In this document: piece after piece, positions 38,203 to 47,824 of the stretch
Layout of the letters: every line of letters begins with the position of its first letter
How positions within the stretch are numbered: the stretch's first letter is position 1
Assembly: GCA_945787655.1 (NCBI GenBank)
Contig: CALZIJ010000001.1
Location: 1,726 to 65,725, forward strand
DNA length: 64,000 nt
Source of the DNA: Nitrospiria bacterium
Lineage (GTDB): Bacteria; Nitrospirota; Nitrospiria; SBBL01; JAADHI01
Reading direction: 5' to 3'
Made by a program: the position numbers and the translations under genes
Notes under the pieces: model-generated
The model's database searches: none
Told to the model about the DNA's origin: nothing
The model's input: only the letters and a program-made list of their open reading frames with translations

Positions 38203-40143
38203 ATGGCTCAAAGCCTTATGCAAAAATTTTATGTCACCACCCCCATATATTATGTGAACGACGTACCCCATATCGGACATGCCTACACCACCATTGCAGC
38301 GGATGTGCTCGCCCGATATCATCGTTTGTTGAACGAGAACGTCTTCTTTCTAACCGGTACGGATGAGCACGGACAAAAGGTCGAGCAGGCCGCGAAAAAG
38401 AAAGGGGTCTTGCCTAAAGCACACGCGGATGAACACGTTGTTGGATTTCAATCCCTCTGGAAAAAGCTCAACATCTCCAACGACGATTTTATCCGAACCA
38501 CAGAAGACCGCCATAAAAGAGTGGTCTCTCAGGTTCTGACCCAACTTTGGGAAAAAAAAGAAATCTATGCCGATACCTATACGGGTTGGTACTGTTTGCC
38601 CGATGAACGCTTTTGGACGGAAAAGGAAATTATTGACGGAAAATGTCCCGATTGCCGCCGTCCTGTCGAGCCGCTTTCCGAACGGAATTACTTTTTTAAA
38701 ATGGGACAATACCGTGACCGCCTCAGGCAGCATATTTTAGAGCATAAACACTTCATACAACCTGAAAGCCGCCGGAATGAAGTGTTGGGGTTTTTAGAGA
38801 ATGACCTCAACGACTTGTGTATTTCACGACCGAAACACCGTCTGGAATGGGGCATTCCGCTGCCATTTGACCCGGATTATGTGACTTATGTGTGGTTAGA
38901 TGCCCTTGTGAACTATATTTCCGCGGCAGGCTACCTGAGCACTCCGGATCAATTTGAAAACTGGTGGCCCGCTGATGTGCACCTTGTGGGGAAAGACATC
39001 CTCACCACACATGCCGTGTACTGGATGACCACCCTGATGGCCCTGGATTTACCACTCCCGAAAAAACTTTTTGCCCACGGCTGGTGGACAATAGAAGGTG
39101 AAAAAATGTCTAAAAGCCTGGGAAATGTCGTCAACCCTTCCGAAATGGCAGACACATTTGGCGTGGATGCCTTCCGTTTTTTTCTGCTTCGACAAGTCCC
39201 TTTTGGAAACGACGGCGACTTTTCACAAACAGCCCTGATGAACCGTATTAACAGCGACCTGGCCAATGACGTGGGTAACTTGCTTTCAAGAACACTCACC
39301 ATGCTGGAGCGATACTCAGACGGGTTAACCCCTGTTCGTATTAAAGGTTCTGCACCGGAAGACATTGCGCTTGAGGAAGCCGCCGACACCTTATTCGAAA
39401 AAATAGACAAGAACCTCTCTGATCTTGCATTTGATAAGGCCCTGACTGAAATTTGGCAGGTCATCCGCATTGCCAATCAATACATTGAAAAAGGCGCCCC
39501 CTGGCAACTCGCTAAAAATCCGGAAACAAAAGAACGGCTCCACGTTGTTCTATATTATACGACGGAAGCCATTCACATCGTCTCCTGTCTTATCGCACCC
39601 TTTATGCCTGATGCAGCACAGGAAATGAAACGGCAGTTGGGGTTTTCAAAAAAAACAGAAACACGGCCTCTCAATATGGCTGCACGCTGGGGAAATCTCC
39701 CACCCGGTCTTCCGGTTTCAAAAGGAAAGCCACTTTTTCCCCGTATCCAACCGGAGAAAAAAAAGTCGCCGCCCCAAAAAGTCACACCCAAAAAAAATGA
39801 TGTGCCTGCATCCTTCAAGCCCTCAATTTCAATTGAGGACTTTGCCAAACTCGACCTTCGTGTCGGCATCATCCGATCGGCAGAGAAAATTAAAAAAGCC
39901 AATAAACTGCTGTTACTTCACGTGGATATCGGCACGGAAAACAGACAGGTGGTCGCCGGGATCGCGACCCGCTACACCCCGGAGGAGATCATCGGGAAGG
40001 AAGTGGTCCTCATCGCCAATCTGAAACCCGCCACCATTATGGGCATTGAATCTCAGGGCATGCTGCTCGCAGCAGGCGGAAAAGCCGTCCTCGGGCTCGC
40101 CACATTTACAGAAGAGATCCCGCCAGGCGCGACGGTTCGTTAA
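38203..40143 (+). CDS. metG: methionine--tRNA ligase (with C-terminal tRNA-binding domain)
   Basis: It has PHIGHAYT (HIGH), the zinc knuckle CPDCRRP, KMSKSLGN, and a C-terminal EMAP/Trbp111-like domain (KLDLRVG...LKPATIMGIESQGMLL). Confidence 0.95.
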   Translation: MAQSLMQKFYVTTPIYYVNDVPHIGHAYTTIAADVLARYHRLLNENVFFLTGTDEHGQKVEQAAKKKGVLPKAHADEHVVGFQSLWKKLNISNDDFIRTTEDRHKRVVSQVLTQLWEKKEIYADTYTGWYCLPDERFWTEKEIIDGKCPDCRRPVEPLSERNYFFKMGQYRDRLRQHILEHKHFIQPESRRNEVLGFLENDLNDLCISRPKHRLEWGIPLPFDPDYVTYVWLDALVNYISAAGYLSTPDQFENWWPADVHLVGKDILTTHAVYWMTTLMALDLPLPKKLFAHGWWTIEGEKMSKSLGNVVNPSEMADTFGVDAFRFFLLRQVPFGNDGDFSQTALMNRINSDLANDVGNLLSRTLTMLERYSDGLTPVRIKGSAPEDIALEEAADTLFEKIDKNLSDLAFDKALTEIWQVIRIANQYIEKGAPWQLAKNPETKERLHVVLYYTTEAIHIVSCLIAPFMPDAAQEMKRQLGFSKKTETRPLNMAARWGNLPPGLPVSKGKPLFPRIQPEKKKSPPQKVTPKKNDVPASFKPSISIEDFAKLDLRVGIIRSAEKIKKANKLLLLHVDIGTENRQVVAGIATRYTPEEIIGKEVVLIANLKPATIMGIESQGMLLAAGGKAVLGLATFTEEIPPGATVR

Positions 40144-40213
40144 CCCCATTTTCTATTAATAATCAAATCCGCACGTTATTGAAAACAAAATGTGATTTTA
40201 CAAGCTTCAGGCC

Positions 40214-40241
40214 TTGACAGAAGTAAGGTTTTTGGTAACTT
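40214..40241 (+). promoter_or_regulatory. sigma70-like promoter driving the riboswitch leader
   Basis: TTGACA (40214-40219), a 16-nt spacer, then TAACTT (40236-40241). Confidence 0.45.
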
Positions 40242-40247
40242 TAAGTT

Positions 40248-40352
40248 GTCTGGAAAAAGGCAAACCGGTCGAAAGGCCGGGACGCAAAGCCACAAGGCTT
40301 CGTCCACGAGTTGATTGCTTGTGGACATGCCGGTTGGGCCACCGAGGATGCC
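40248..40352 (+). promoter_or_regulatory. c-di-GMP-I (GEMM-I) riboswitch aptamer
   Basis: The first core is GGCAAACC followed by a GAAA-tetraloop hairpin (CCGGTC-GAAA-GGCCGG). The second is GGGACGCAAAGCC followed by a hairpin (CCACAAG...CTTGTGG). Both line up with the V. cholerae Vc2 cores GGCAAACCAUUCGAAAGAGUGGGACGCAAAGCC. Confidence 0.8.
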
Positions 40353-40398
40353 CGAATTACGGAAAAAACCCCGTCACCGAGTATCTTGTTACTGTGTG

Positions 40399-40428
40399 GC
40401 CCATTTCTTAAATGAAATGGGCTTTTTT
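40399..40428 (+). terminator. intrinsic terminator, probable riboswitch expression platform
   Basis: A 9-bp stem forms between GCCCATTTC and GAAATGGGC with a 6-nt loop, followed by TTTTTT. It lies ~45 nt after the aptamer and ~105 nt before the CDS. Confidence 0.75.
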
Positions 40429-40534
40429 ATTGGGGAAACCATCATCTTATTTACAATCGGTTTGAACACCCATGAAATAGCCCTCTATTCACGGCAGGGG
40501 TCACAGCCTGCCTTAATACAGGGGGAAACCATCA

Positions 40535-43204
40535 ATGAAGAAGTATCTTTATCTTTCTGCACTCTTTTTTGCGACCGCAGGGTTGGCGGCTTGCGGCGGA
40601 AGTAGTTCAAGTTCGACCACAACGACGTCAAAAACCGGTCTTTCTTTACCTACAGAAATTTCAGCCGTTCCCACAACCGCTTCAAATACGACGAAAGTTG
40701 GGCTTAAATCCAAATTATCCGCATTACGGGCCGCAACAGATGCGGACACGGATTATTCAAATGCATCGACCACCACATTTGTCAATGAACATACCTTGGA
40801 ACAATTCGCCATTATTGAACAGGTTCTCGGCGCGCTGGGTCAAACACACTATGCCGATGCGAGTAATGTCGGCCAAGGCGCTTATAAAGCCATGGTGGCC
40901 TGGCAAGATGAGCAAAATGGCGTTGAAACCAAATCACTTCAACCCTGGATTGTCCAATCCGATATCATCGTCGAAAATGGCGCTGAAGTGACCCGCGCGC
41001 GGGCCTGGATTGAAGAAGTTGAAGAGGGACAAAAAGAAGTAATCAAAGCAGAATTTAAAATCTATGAAGCTGCTACCCAGGACAGCTCCGGGGCATACAC
41101 CAGCTACGGGGTCTGGACATTAAATGTCAAATTCGGAGACGAAGGCACAGACTTTTTTGCGGCATCCGCAGAAGTGGGTTCCAATGGCGAATCCATCATT
41201 AAACTCCACGAACGCTTCCCGGAAGGGGAAGGTTTTGTTTTTGAAGTGAAAGCCATCTTAAACAAATCCGCTACCAGTGGGTTTGGGAAAGTCTCTTTTC
41301 CAGATTGGGACAGCTGTACAGAACATCCTTGTATGCCGACCGCTGTCGAGGCCAAATATGCCTACAATGCCAACCATTTAGCGGTTCAAAAGGCGGGGGA
41401 ATCCGAACCAACGTTCAAAGACCGGGCGGATATCACAGAAATGACCCATCGTTATGGTTTATTTGACAGCACAACGGGAGATAATCTTTTTAAAACAAAA
41501 TCATTCGGATTCCCGGTTTTCTTTACGGACGACAACGGATTCAGACAGTATGCCTATTACGGGGCCTGGCAAGGCCGTCATGAGCTTTGGGGCGGCGGCG
41601 AAAGCGGCGTGGCTTCCGGAACCGTCGTCACGCGGGATGACCATGGCGGCAGTGAAACGGCTGCCACCTATACCGTCTCTCCTTCCTTTCAGGGAACACT
41701 GACCAAAAGATCTCTGGTCGCCGGGGCATTGGGCGATATTCTGGATATTCCGGTGGAAACCTGGATCAACAAACATTATGATCTTTTCCACGATGGAACA
41801 AACTGGACCTATTGCACGGGATGGATTGATTTTGGCCAGAGTCCTCCTGCGTGTATGAATCATGATGGCTCTTCCGGGTCCTTTGTGAACTTTACCGATT
41901 TTAACAGTCTGGTTGTCGGCGAACAAGATCGCAAGTTTGTCGGTATCGGCCGGTGGGATCAATCACAAAATCAACAAAAAGACTATGTCTATCTCAGTGC
42001 CGACCCTGGCCTCACGGGTTACACCACAGCCGGTTTCTATGAAGCCCAGCACGGCATGGAAGGACTGTCTCCCATTAGTCCGGCAGAAAGACTGACTGAA
42101 ACCAGCGGCACTCAGCTCTGGGTGGATATCGGCGGGTCTATTTATATTCAGTATACCGGCGAATTCAGCGGGCCAACCACAACGACGGGATGGGTTCAAA
42201 AAACCTTGGAAAACTTTGATCAGCGCACCTGGACGCCTGAATTTGCGACCAATGGTGACAGTGCCTTTACCCCGGCACCGGGTCAGGAATACTACATTAA
42301 CAGCAATGGCGCCAATTTCGTGGTAAGGCGGAAAGACAACAGCGGGACCATTTCTGCTAATTCTTATGAAGTGATGGTAGAGCTGCAAAAAACAGCCAAT
42401 CCAAACAACTTCTCTTCCATGCTCCCGACGGGAACGGATTATCTGCGCACCCCTTGGCGCCAGGAAGTCCGTTACACCTTTGTCACCACAACTGGAAGCA
42501 ATTTCCTCACCTTGCAGTATCTTTCGGATGATTCGAATACGCAGGATGTGGATGAAAGTGTAACGCCGACAGTGGTCACCAGCGGTGAGTGGGGCCTTCA
42601 GGCCTATGACGATAACGGGACCCCCAGCGATTTTACAGATGACATGCCGCTTCAGTCAGACGGGACAGGCGTTACTGTAGATGAATGGGGGAATTCTTCC
42701 GATCCGGACATTCGCCCGGTCCAGTTCAACTGGGAATATTCAGAGAATGGCGGCTGGGGCAACCAGAAATTCCTGATCGACGGGGACGGCAATTACGTCT
42801 TGCTGAGCGATCCGGTCCAGTTACAAGCGGTCACTTTGACCAACAATGGCGGGGACTCCAAAACCTTATCCCTGCAATACGATGGCTGGATGCATGGCTT
42901 GCCGAACTTGTTTGAAGATCTTCGCAAAAATGATTTTGTCATGAACGCGACTATTTCTGACAAGATTATTAACATCCCGGCCGGCACCGAAGTCACGGAT
43001 GCAGTGGACACCACCAAGAGCTACCTCATCAAGCCTCTTGAGGTAAGCCAGTTCCTGAATCCGGTGTCAGACCCCGGCGGGCTTGACATCACCGTCGCGG
43101 ATTCAGTCGATCTGTCGAGTGTCCCGGATTTCGTGGAGCATGGCATGGGTGACATCCCCACCGTGACCGTCACGAAATATTCGGAAGGCATTCTGATCGA
43201 ATAG
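40535..43204 (+). CDS. large uncharacterised lipoprotein (889 aa) downstream of the c-di-GMP riboswitch
   Basis: The lipobox is GLAAC-GG, followed by a Ser/Thr-rich linker (SSSSSTTTTS). The RBS is GGGGGAAA. There are no CxxCH or catalytic motifs, and the sequence is rich in Gly, Asp, Thr, Trp and Tyr. Confidence 0.85.
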   Translation: MKKYLYLSALFFATAGLAACGGSSSSSTTTTSKTGLSLPTEISAVPTTASNTTKVGLKSKLSALRAATDADTDYSNASTTTFVNEHTLEQFAIIEQVLGALGQTHYADASNVGQGAYKAMVAWQDEQNGVETKSLQPWIVQSDIIVENGAEVTRARAWIEEVEEGQKEVIKAEFKIYEAATQDSSGAYTSYGVWTLNVKFGDEGTDFFAASAEVGSNGESIIKLHERFPEGEGFVFEVKAILNKSATSGFGKVSFPDWDSCTEHPCMPTAVEAKYAYNANHLAVQKAGESEPTFKDRADITEMTHRYGLFDSTTGDNLFKTKSFGFPVFFTDDNGFRQYAYYGAWQGRHELWGGGESGVASGTVVTRDDHGGSETAATYTVSPSFQGTLTKRSLVAGALGDILDIPVETWINKHYDLFHDGTNWTYCTGWIDFGQSPPACMNHDGSSGSFVNFTDFNSLVVGEQDRKFVGIGRWDQSQNQQKDYVYLSADPGLTGYTTAGFYEAQHGMEGLSPISPAERLTETSGTQLWVDIGGSIYIQYTGEFSGPTTTTGWVQKTLENFDQRTWTPEFATNGDSAFTPAPGQEYYINSNGANFVVRRKDNSGTISANSYEVMVELQKTANPNNFSSMLPTGTDYLRTPWRQEVRYTFVTTTGSNFLTLQYLSDDSNTQDVDESVTPTVVTSGEWGLQAYDDNGTPSDFTDDMPLQSDGTGVTVDEWGNSSDPDIRPVQFNWEYSENGGWGNQKFLIDGDGNYVLLSDPVQLQAVTLTNNGGDSKTLSLQYDGWMHGLPNLFEDLRKNDFVMNATISDKIINIPAGTEVTDAVDTTKSYLIKPLEVSQFLNPVSDPGGLDITVADSVDLSSVPDFVEHGMGDIPTVTVTKYSEGILIE

Positions 43205-43243
43205 TCTCCTTCCTCGCGGGGTTTTACCGCGTCGAAATAAAAA

Positions 43244-43270
43244 GGGGGTGCAGAAATGCATCCCCTTTTT
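43244..43270 (+). terminator. rho-independent terminator after the 889-aa gene
   Basis: GGGGGTGCA-GAAA-TGCATCCCC forms a stem with one G-U pair, followed by TTTTT. Confidence 0.7.
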
Positions 43271-43336
43271 ATTTGCCTCATCCCCTTGACTTCAAAAGGA
43301 GGGCTGTCTATAGTTTTTAATTTTGCTTGGGTGAAT

Positions 43337-44596
43337 ATGTCAAAAATCAAGGCCCTCAAAGGGTTTAAGGACCTGATTCCAGGAGAATCAGAACACTGGG
43401 AAGTCGTGGCTGATATGGTTCGGGATACCTTTAAGGCCTTTGGTTTTTCACCCATCCGCACTCCGATTCTGGAAAGAACCACCCTCTTTACGCGCAGCAT
43501 TGGCGAAACCACGGACATCGTTGAAAAAGAAATGTACACCTTTGATGACTGGGATAAAAAACCCGTCACACTCCGTCCGGAAGGGACCGCGTCCGTCGTC
43601 CGGGCATTTCTTGAACACCGGCACCTTATGCCTCTATTGCCCGTCAAGTTGTATTACCAGGGCCCGATGTTCCGCCACGAAAGGCCACAGGCCGGACGGC
43701 TTCGGCAATTTCATCAGGTGGGGGCTGAGATACTTGGCGACATCGATCCCAAACAGGATATAGAGCTTCTCTCACTCTTGACCCATTTTTTTGACCGCAT
43801 CGGCCTTCAGGATCTCACTTTAGAAATAAACAGCCTGGGTTGTACCGTTTGTCGGCCCCCGTATCGTAAGGCATTGCAGCAATATTTTAAGACCTCACTT
43901 GAAAACCTTTGCAAAGACTGCAACCGGAGGTTTCACCATAATCCTTTGCGGATTCTGGATTGTAAAAAAGAAACCTGTAAAACCATCACCAAAAATGCGC
44001 CGTCCTCATCGGCCCACCTTTGCGAAGCATGCGAACTCCACTTTAAATCGGTTCGGCAAGGACTGGATGATCTAAAAATTCCCTATCAACATACGAAACA
44101 TTTGGTTCGCGGGTTGGATTATTACACCAAAACGGCTTTTGAAATGACCACGCAAAACCTGGGCGCCCAAAATGCCGTGGCCGCAGGCGGCCGATACGAC
44201 GGACTGGTGGAAGCCCTTGGCGGCCCAAGCACACCGGCGATCGGGTTTGCCCTGGGAATGGAACGCTTGATGCAATTGTTGCCAGAGCAGCCTCATCTTG
44301 CTTCGAACCTTAAGCTTTTTATCGCACCGTTGGGGGAAAATGCGTATCAAAAACTTTTCCCGATACTTTACGCCCTGCGCAAAAAAAATTGCCGCAGTGA
44401 AATTGGTCATCCAGGTGCGGCATTAAAAAAACAAATGAAAACTGCTGACCGCCTTCAGGCAGAATATGTTCTCATTGCAGGTGATCAGGAATTATCCGCC
44501 CAAAAACTGGTATTGCGTAATATGAGTACGAAAAAACAAACCGAAATCGGTTTTTCCAATCTTCTGGACACCCTCTTTTCAGAAATTTTTAAATAA
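43337..44596 (+). CDS. hisS: histidine--tRNA ligase
   Basis: It has KGFKDL, the class II motif 2 (MFRHERPQAGRLRQFHQ) and GGGRYDGL. I chose the start at MSKIKALKG rather than the upstream ATG at 43256. Confidence 0.93.
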   Translation: MSKIKALKGFKDLIPGESEHWEVVADMVRDTFKAFGFSPIRTPILERTTLFTRSIGETTDIVEKEMYTFDDWDKKPVTLRPEGTASVVRAFLEHRHLMPLLPVKLYYQGPMFRHERPQAGRLRQFHQVGAEILGDIDPKQDIELLSLLTHFFDRIGLQDLTLEINSLGCTVCRPPYRKALQQYFKTSLENLCKDCNRRFHHNPLRILDCKKETCKTITKNAPSSSAHLCEACELHFKSVRQGLDDLKIPYQHTKHLVRGLDYYTKTAFEMTTQNLGAQNAVAAGGRYDGLVEALGGPSTPAIGFALGMERLMQLLPEQPHLASNLKLFIAPLGENAYQKLFPILYALRKKNCRSEIGHPGAALKKQMKTADRLQAEYVLIAGDQELSAQKLVLRNMSTKKQTEIGFSNLLDTLFSEIFK

Positions 44597-44781
44597 AACC
44601 AACCACTTATATCGGTTCTGAGCACGAAACACCAGTGCTAAAAATTGACTTCTTTTTTATCTGACCCATCCTATAAACAGGCTCTGCTTTTTCCAAATCC
44701 AGCGACTCTTTTCTCTGAGATTCATTTATTTTTTTTCTTGAAAAGCCCTTGAACTCTCTTTTTTTAAGATTAATTATAGTA

Positions 44782-44808
44782 TTAGCACTCTAACAGAACG
44801 AGTGCCAA
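44782..44808 (+). promoter_or_regulatory. CIRCE operator (HrcA binding site)
   Basis: TTAGCACTC-N9-GAGTGCCAA differs from the consensus TTAGCACTC-N9-GAGTGCTAA at one position. It lies 62 nt upstream of the first hsp20 gene. Confidence 0.8.
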
Positions 44809-44870
44809 TTCAAACATAAAAACACCCTGTGATTTTAAGGGCACAACCAATATTAACAAAGGAGGTAGCC

Positions 44871-45296
44871 ATGTTAAGTCCATTTACAAGCACTCTGGAC
44901 ACATTACTGGCCTTGCAAAATGCCGTGGATCAAACCATGCAATCCGGGCTATTCAGGGAAAACATCAGGAGTAGAGGTCTTTTCCCCCCGGTCAATATTT
45001 TTGAACAGGAAGGCAATCTGATGATCGTTGCAGAGCTTTCGGGCATGAATAAGGATGATTTAAAAATAGAAATACAAAACAAACAGCTCCGGATAAGAGG
45101 CAAAAGAGAAATCGGATATGATAAAGGCGCCAGCGTCCACCGCGCAGAACGACAACCCGGAACATTTGACCGGACCATTAAACTGCCTTACCAGGTTGAA
45201 ACGGACAAAGTGACGGCCGATTACCAAAACGGTTTACTCGCCTTGCATATGCCGCGCGCAGAGGCAGACCGTCCTCGGCAAATTAGCATCAATTAA
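44871..45296 (+). CDS. Hsp20/alpha-crystallin small heat-shock protein 1
   Basis: It has the alpha-crystallin domain (PPVNIFEQEGNLMIVAELSGMNKDDLKIEI...ADYQNGLLALHMPR). The RBS is AAGGAGG. Confidence 0.9.
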   Translation: MLSPFTSTLDTLLALQNAVDQTMQSGLFRENIRSRGLFPPVNIFEQEGNLMIVAELSGMNKDDLKIEIQNKQLRIRGKREIGYDKGASVHRAERQPGTFDRTIKLPYQVETDKVTADYQNGLLALHMPRAEADRPRQISIN

Positions 45297-45348
45297 AAGG
45301 GTTCAGCCGTTTCAATCATAAACCATTCAATTGGAACTGGAGGAAAAC

Positions 45349-45753
45349 ATGAAAACCACACCACAAGAAGTAAAAGCCCCTTCCACAACCCTTAAAAAGG
45401 AGCCTGAAGGGGAACAAACGATACAAGGGAAATTTTATATACCACCAACAGATATTGTTGAAAACGAAAAGGCACTTCAGGTCATTATGGATATGCCGGG
45501 GGTCCGCCGAGAAAATGTCTCCGTGAACCTTGAAAAGGATGTGCTGAAAGTTGAAGGCTTGATCGACTCTTCCCCCTATTTCAAGGCAAGCCCGTTGTAT
45601 ACCGAATACAATGTCGGACATTACACGCGAAGCTTCAATGTCTCAAAAACCATCGATCAGGATCACATTGAAGCCCGCCTGAGCGATGGGGTTCTCACGT
45701 TGACATTACCCAAAGCCGCAGAAGCACAACCCAAACAAATTCAGATTCATTAA
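45349..45753 (+). CDS. Hsp20/alpha-crystallin small heat-shock protein 2
   Basis: It contains PPTDIVENEKALQVIMDMPGVRRENVSVNLE...ARLSDGVLTLTLPK. The RBS is GGAGG. Confidence 0.9.
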   Translation: MKTTPQEVKAPSTTLKKEPEGEQTIQGKFYIPPTDIVENEKALQVIMDMPGVRRENVSVNLEKDVLKVEGLIDSSPYFKASPLYTEYNVGHYTRSFNVSKTIDQDHIEARLSDGVLTLTLPKAAEAQPKQIQIH

Positions 45754-45764
45754 AATGCTGCCAT

Positions 45765-45804
45765 GGATTTCAAGAGACTGGCTTAAACCGGTCTCTTGAA
45801 ATCC
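45765..45804 (+). other. 17-bp stem-loop between hsp20-2 and ftsH
   Basis: GGATTTCAAGAGACTGG pairs with CCGGTCTCTTGAAATCC (one U-G pair) across a 6-nt loop. No U-tract follows. Confidence 0.6.
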
Positions 45805-45953
45805 CGGCAAATAAACAATAGATGTTCAGGTCTTTTTGAGTCGATGGATCATTTTAAGACGAGGCGAGACACACCGGTTCCATGTAAAACCTCGGCTTCA
45901 ATAAAATATTGGAACGTAATGTTTTATTCGATGAGCTAAAAGGATCTCTCACA

Positions 45954-47804
45954 ATGGATCAAAAAAGAATATTCAATATCTGGTTTACAGTATTTGCAAT
46001 TTTAGGCGTATTGACACTTCAAAACCTGTGGATTGGTTTTACACAAATTGAAACCATCCCTTACAGTCGGTTTTTGCAACTTCTTGACGAGGAGCGAATA
46101 TCCGAACTTTATGTCACGGATGATGCCATTAAAGGCACCATTCGTGACCCCGAATCCGGGGAAAAACCTTTATTTATGACAGTCCGTGTCGATGATACAC
46201 TGGCTGAAAAAATCCAAGACAAAAACGTCAAACTGGTCGGTATTGCTGAAAATACCTTGCTAAGAGACATTCTTTCCTGGGTCATCCCTGCACTTGTTTT
46301 TGTTGGAATCTGGATAGCCGCCATGCGATATTTCGCGAAAAAAAGCGGAATGGGCGGCTCTTTTATGAATGTGGGGAAAAGCAAGGCCAAAGTCTACGTC
46401 GAAACCGATACGAAAAAAACCTTCGCAGATATGGCTGGCGCAGACGAGGCCAAAGACGAATTGGTCGAAGTGGTCCATTTTCTCAAAGATCCAACAACAT
46501 ACGGCCGTCTGGGTGCCAGAATGCCAAAGGGCATCCTCTTGGTCGGCCCGCCCGGAACAGGGAAAACCCTGCTGGCAAAAGCCGTTGCAGGAGAGGCGGG
46601 CGTTCCCTTTTTTTCGATCAGCGGCTCGGAATTTGTTGAAATGTTTGTCGGTGTGGGCGCAGCCAGGGTGCGTGATCTTTTTGAACAGGCCCGAAAAAAA
46701 GCCCCGTGTATCGTTTTTATTGATGAGTTGGATGCCCTGGGGAAAGCCCGGGCAGGCGCCCAACTCAGTGGTGGCCATGATGAAAAAGAACAAACCCTCA
46801 ACCAATTACTGGTGGAAATGGACGGATTTGATCCAAGCGGCGGCATCGTCCTCCTTGCAGCCACAAACCGACCGGAAGTTCTGGATCCGGCCTTGCTTCG
46901 GGCCGGGCGATTTGACCGTCAGATCCTTGTGGACAGGCCCGATAAATTGGGACGTCTGGCCATCTTAAAAGTACACCTGAAACAGCTTAAAAACGTGGAC
47001 TCCAACCTGGATCTGGAAGACATTGCGGCAATGACCGCCGGGTTTAGCGGCGCGGATCTGGAAAACCTGGTCAATGAATCGGCACTTGCCGCCACCCGAA
47101 GAAATGCAAAAAGCGTTTCGACCTCTGATTTCACGACTGCCATTGAACGTGTTGTCGCCGGACTGGAACGTAAAAATCGTGTGCTCAATGAAAAAGAACG
47201 TCAAATAGTCGCACACCATGAAATGGGGCACGCCATTGTCAGCGCATGCCTTCAGTCCACAGACAAACTCCACAAGGTCTCTATTATTCCACGGGGAGTC
47301 GGGGCATTGGGTTATACCATGCAGCGTCCGACCGAAGACCGGTTTTTAATGACCCAGACAGAACTGGAAAATAAAATCTCAGTCTTGCTTGGCGGGCGGG
47401 CTGCGGAAGAAATCATATTTGATCATCTTTCCACAGGAGCCGCGGACGATATCAAAAAAGCGACCAACATCGCGCGCAGCATGGTATTGAAATATGGTAT
47501 GCACAAAAAACTTGGATTTATTGATTTGGACGATCAGGGAGAACACCCGTTTTTATCCGATAATGGATTTTCATCACCGCGCACCTTCAGTGAACAGACC
47601 GCCCGGGAAATCGATGAAGCCGTTCGTGAAATTATTGAAACCTGCTATGCACAGGCCACCCGTTTACTCAAGGAAAACCGCAATATTTTAATCAGGAGCG
47701 CCGAAACCCTTTTGGAAAAAGAGACACTGGATGAAGGCGAACTGGGCGCCTTGTTGAAGGATTTAAAACTGTCGATTCCTCAGACGGTTTCAAGTTTGGG
47801 CTAA
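45954..47804 (+). CDS. ftsH: ATP-dependent zinc metalloprotease FtsH
   Basis: Two N-terminal TM segments are followed by Walker A GPPGTGKT, Walker B IVFIDELD, the SRH region and the HEMGHA zinc motif. Confidence 0.95.
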   Translation: MDQKRIFNIWFTVFAILGVLTLQNLWIGFTQIETIPYSRFLQLLDEERISELYVTDDAIKGTIRDPESGEKPLFMTVRVDDTLAEKIQDKNVKLVGIAENTLLRDILSWVIPALVFVGIWIAAMRYFAKKSGMGGSFMNVGKSKAKVYVETDTKKTFADMAGADEAKDELVEVVHFLKDPTTYGRLGARMPKGILLVGPPGTGKTLLAKAVAGEAGVPFFSISGSEFVEMFVGVGAARVRDLFEQARKKAPCIVFIDELDALGKARAGAQLSGGHDEKEQTLNQLLVEMDGFDPSGGIVLLAATNRPEVLDPALLRAGRFDRQILVDRPDKLGRLAILKVHLKQLKNVDSNLDLEDIAAMTAGFSGADLENLVNESALAATRRNAKSVSTSDFTTAIERVVAGLERKNRVLNEKERQIVAHHEMGHAIVSACLQSTDKLHKVSIIPRGVGALGYTMQRPTEDRFLMTQTELENKISVLLGGRAAEEIIFDHLSTGAADDIKKATNIARSMVLKYGMHKKLGFIDLDDQGEHPFLSDNGFSSPRTFSEQTAREIDEAVREIIETCYAQATRLLKENRNILIRSAETLLEKETLDEGELGALLKDLKLSIPQTVSSLG

Positions 47805-47824
47805 CGATAAAACCAGAGAGAACA

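Noticed and set aside
43021-43647. 208-aa minus-strand ORF spanning the lipoprotein 3' end and the hisS 5' end
   Set aside because: It lies antisense to two well-supported genes and crosses a terminator. It has no motif and an Arg/Ser-rich, out-of-frame-like composition. I judge it spurious.
44809-44870. ROSE or fourU RNA thermometer in the hsp20 5' UTR
   Set aside because: I found no U-rich or anti-SD segment able to pair with the AAGGAGG RBS, and no ROSE-like multi-hairpin arrangement. The CIRCE operator is the only clear heat-shock element.
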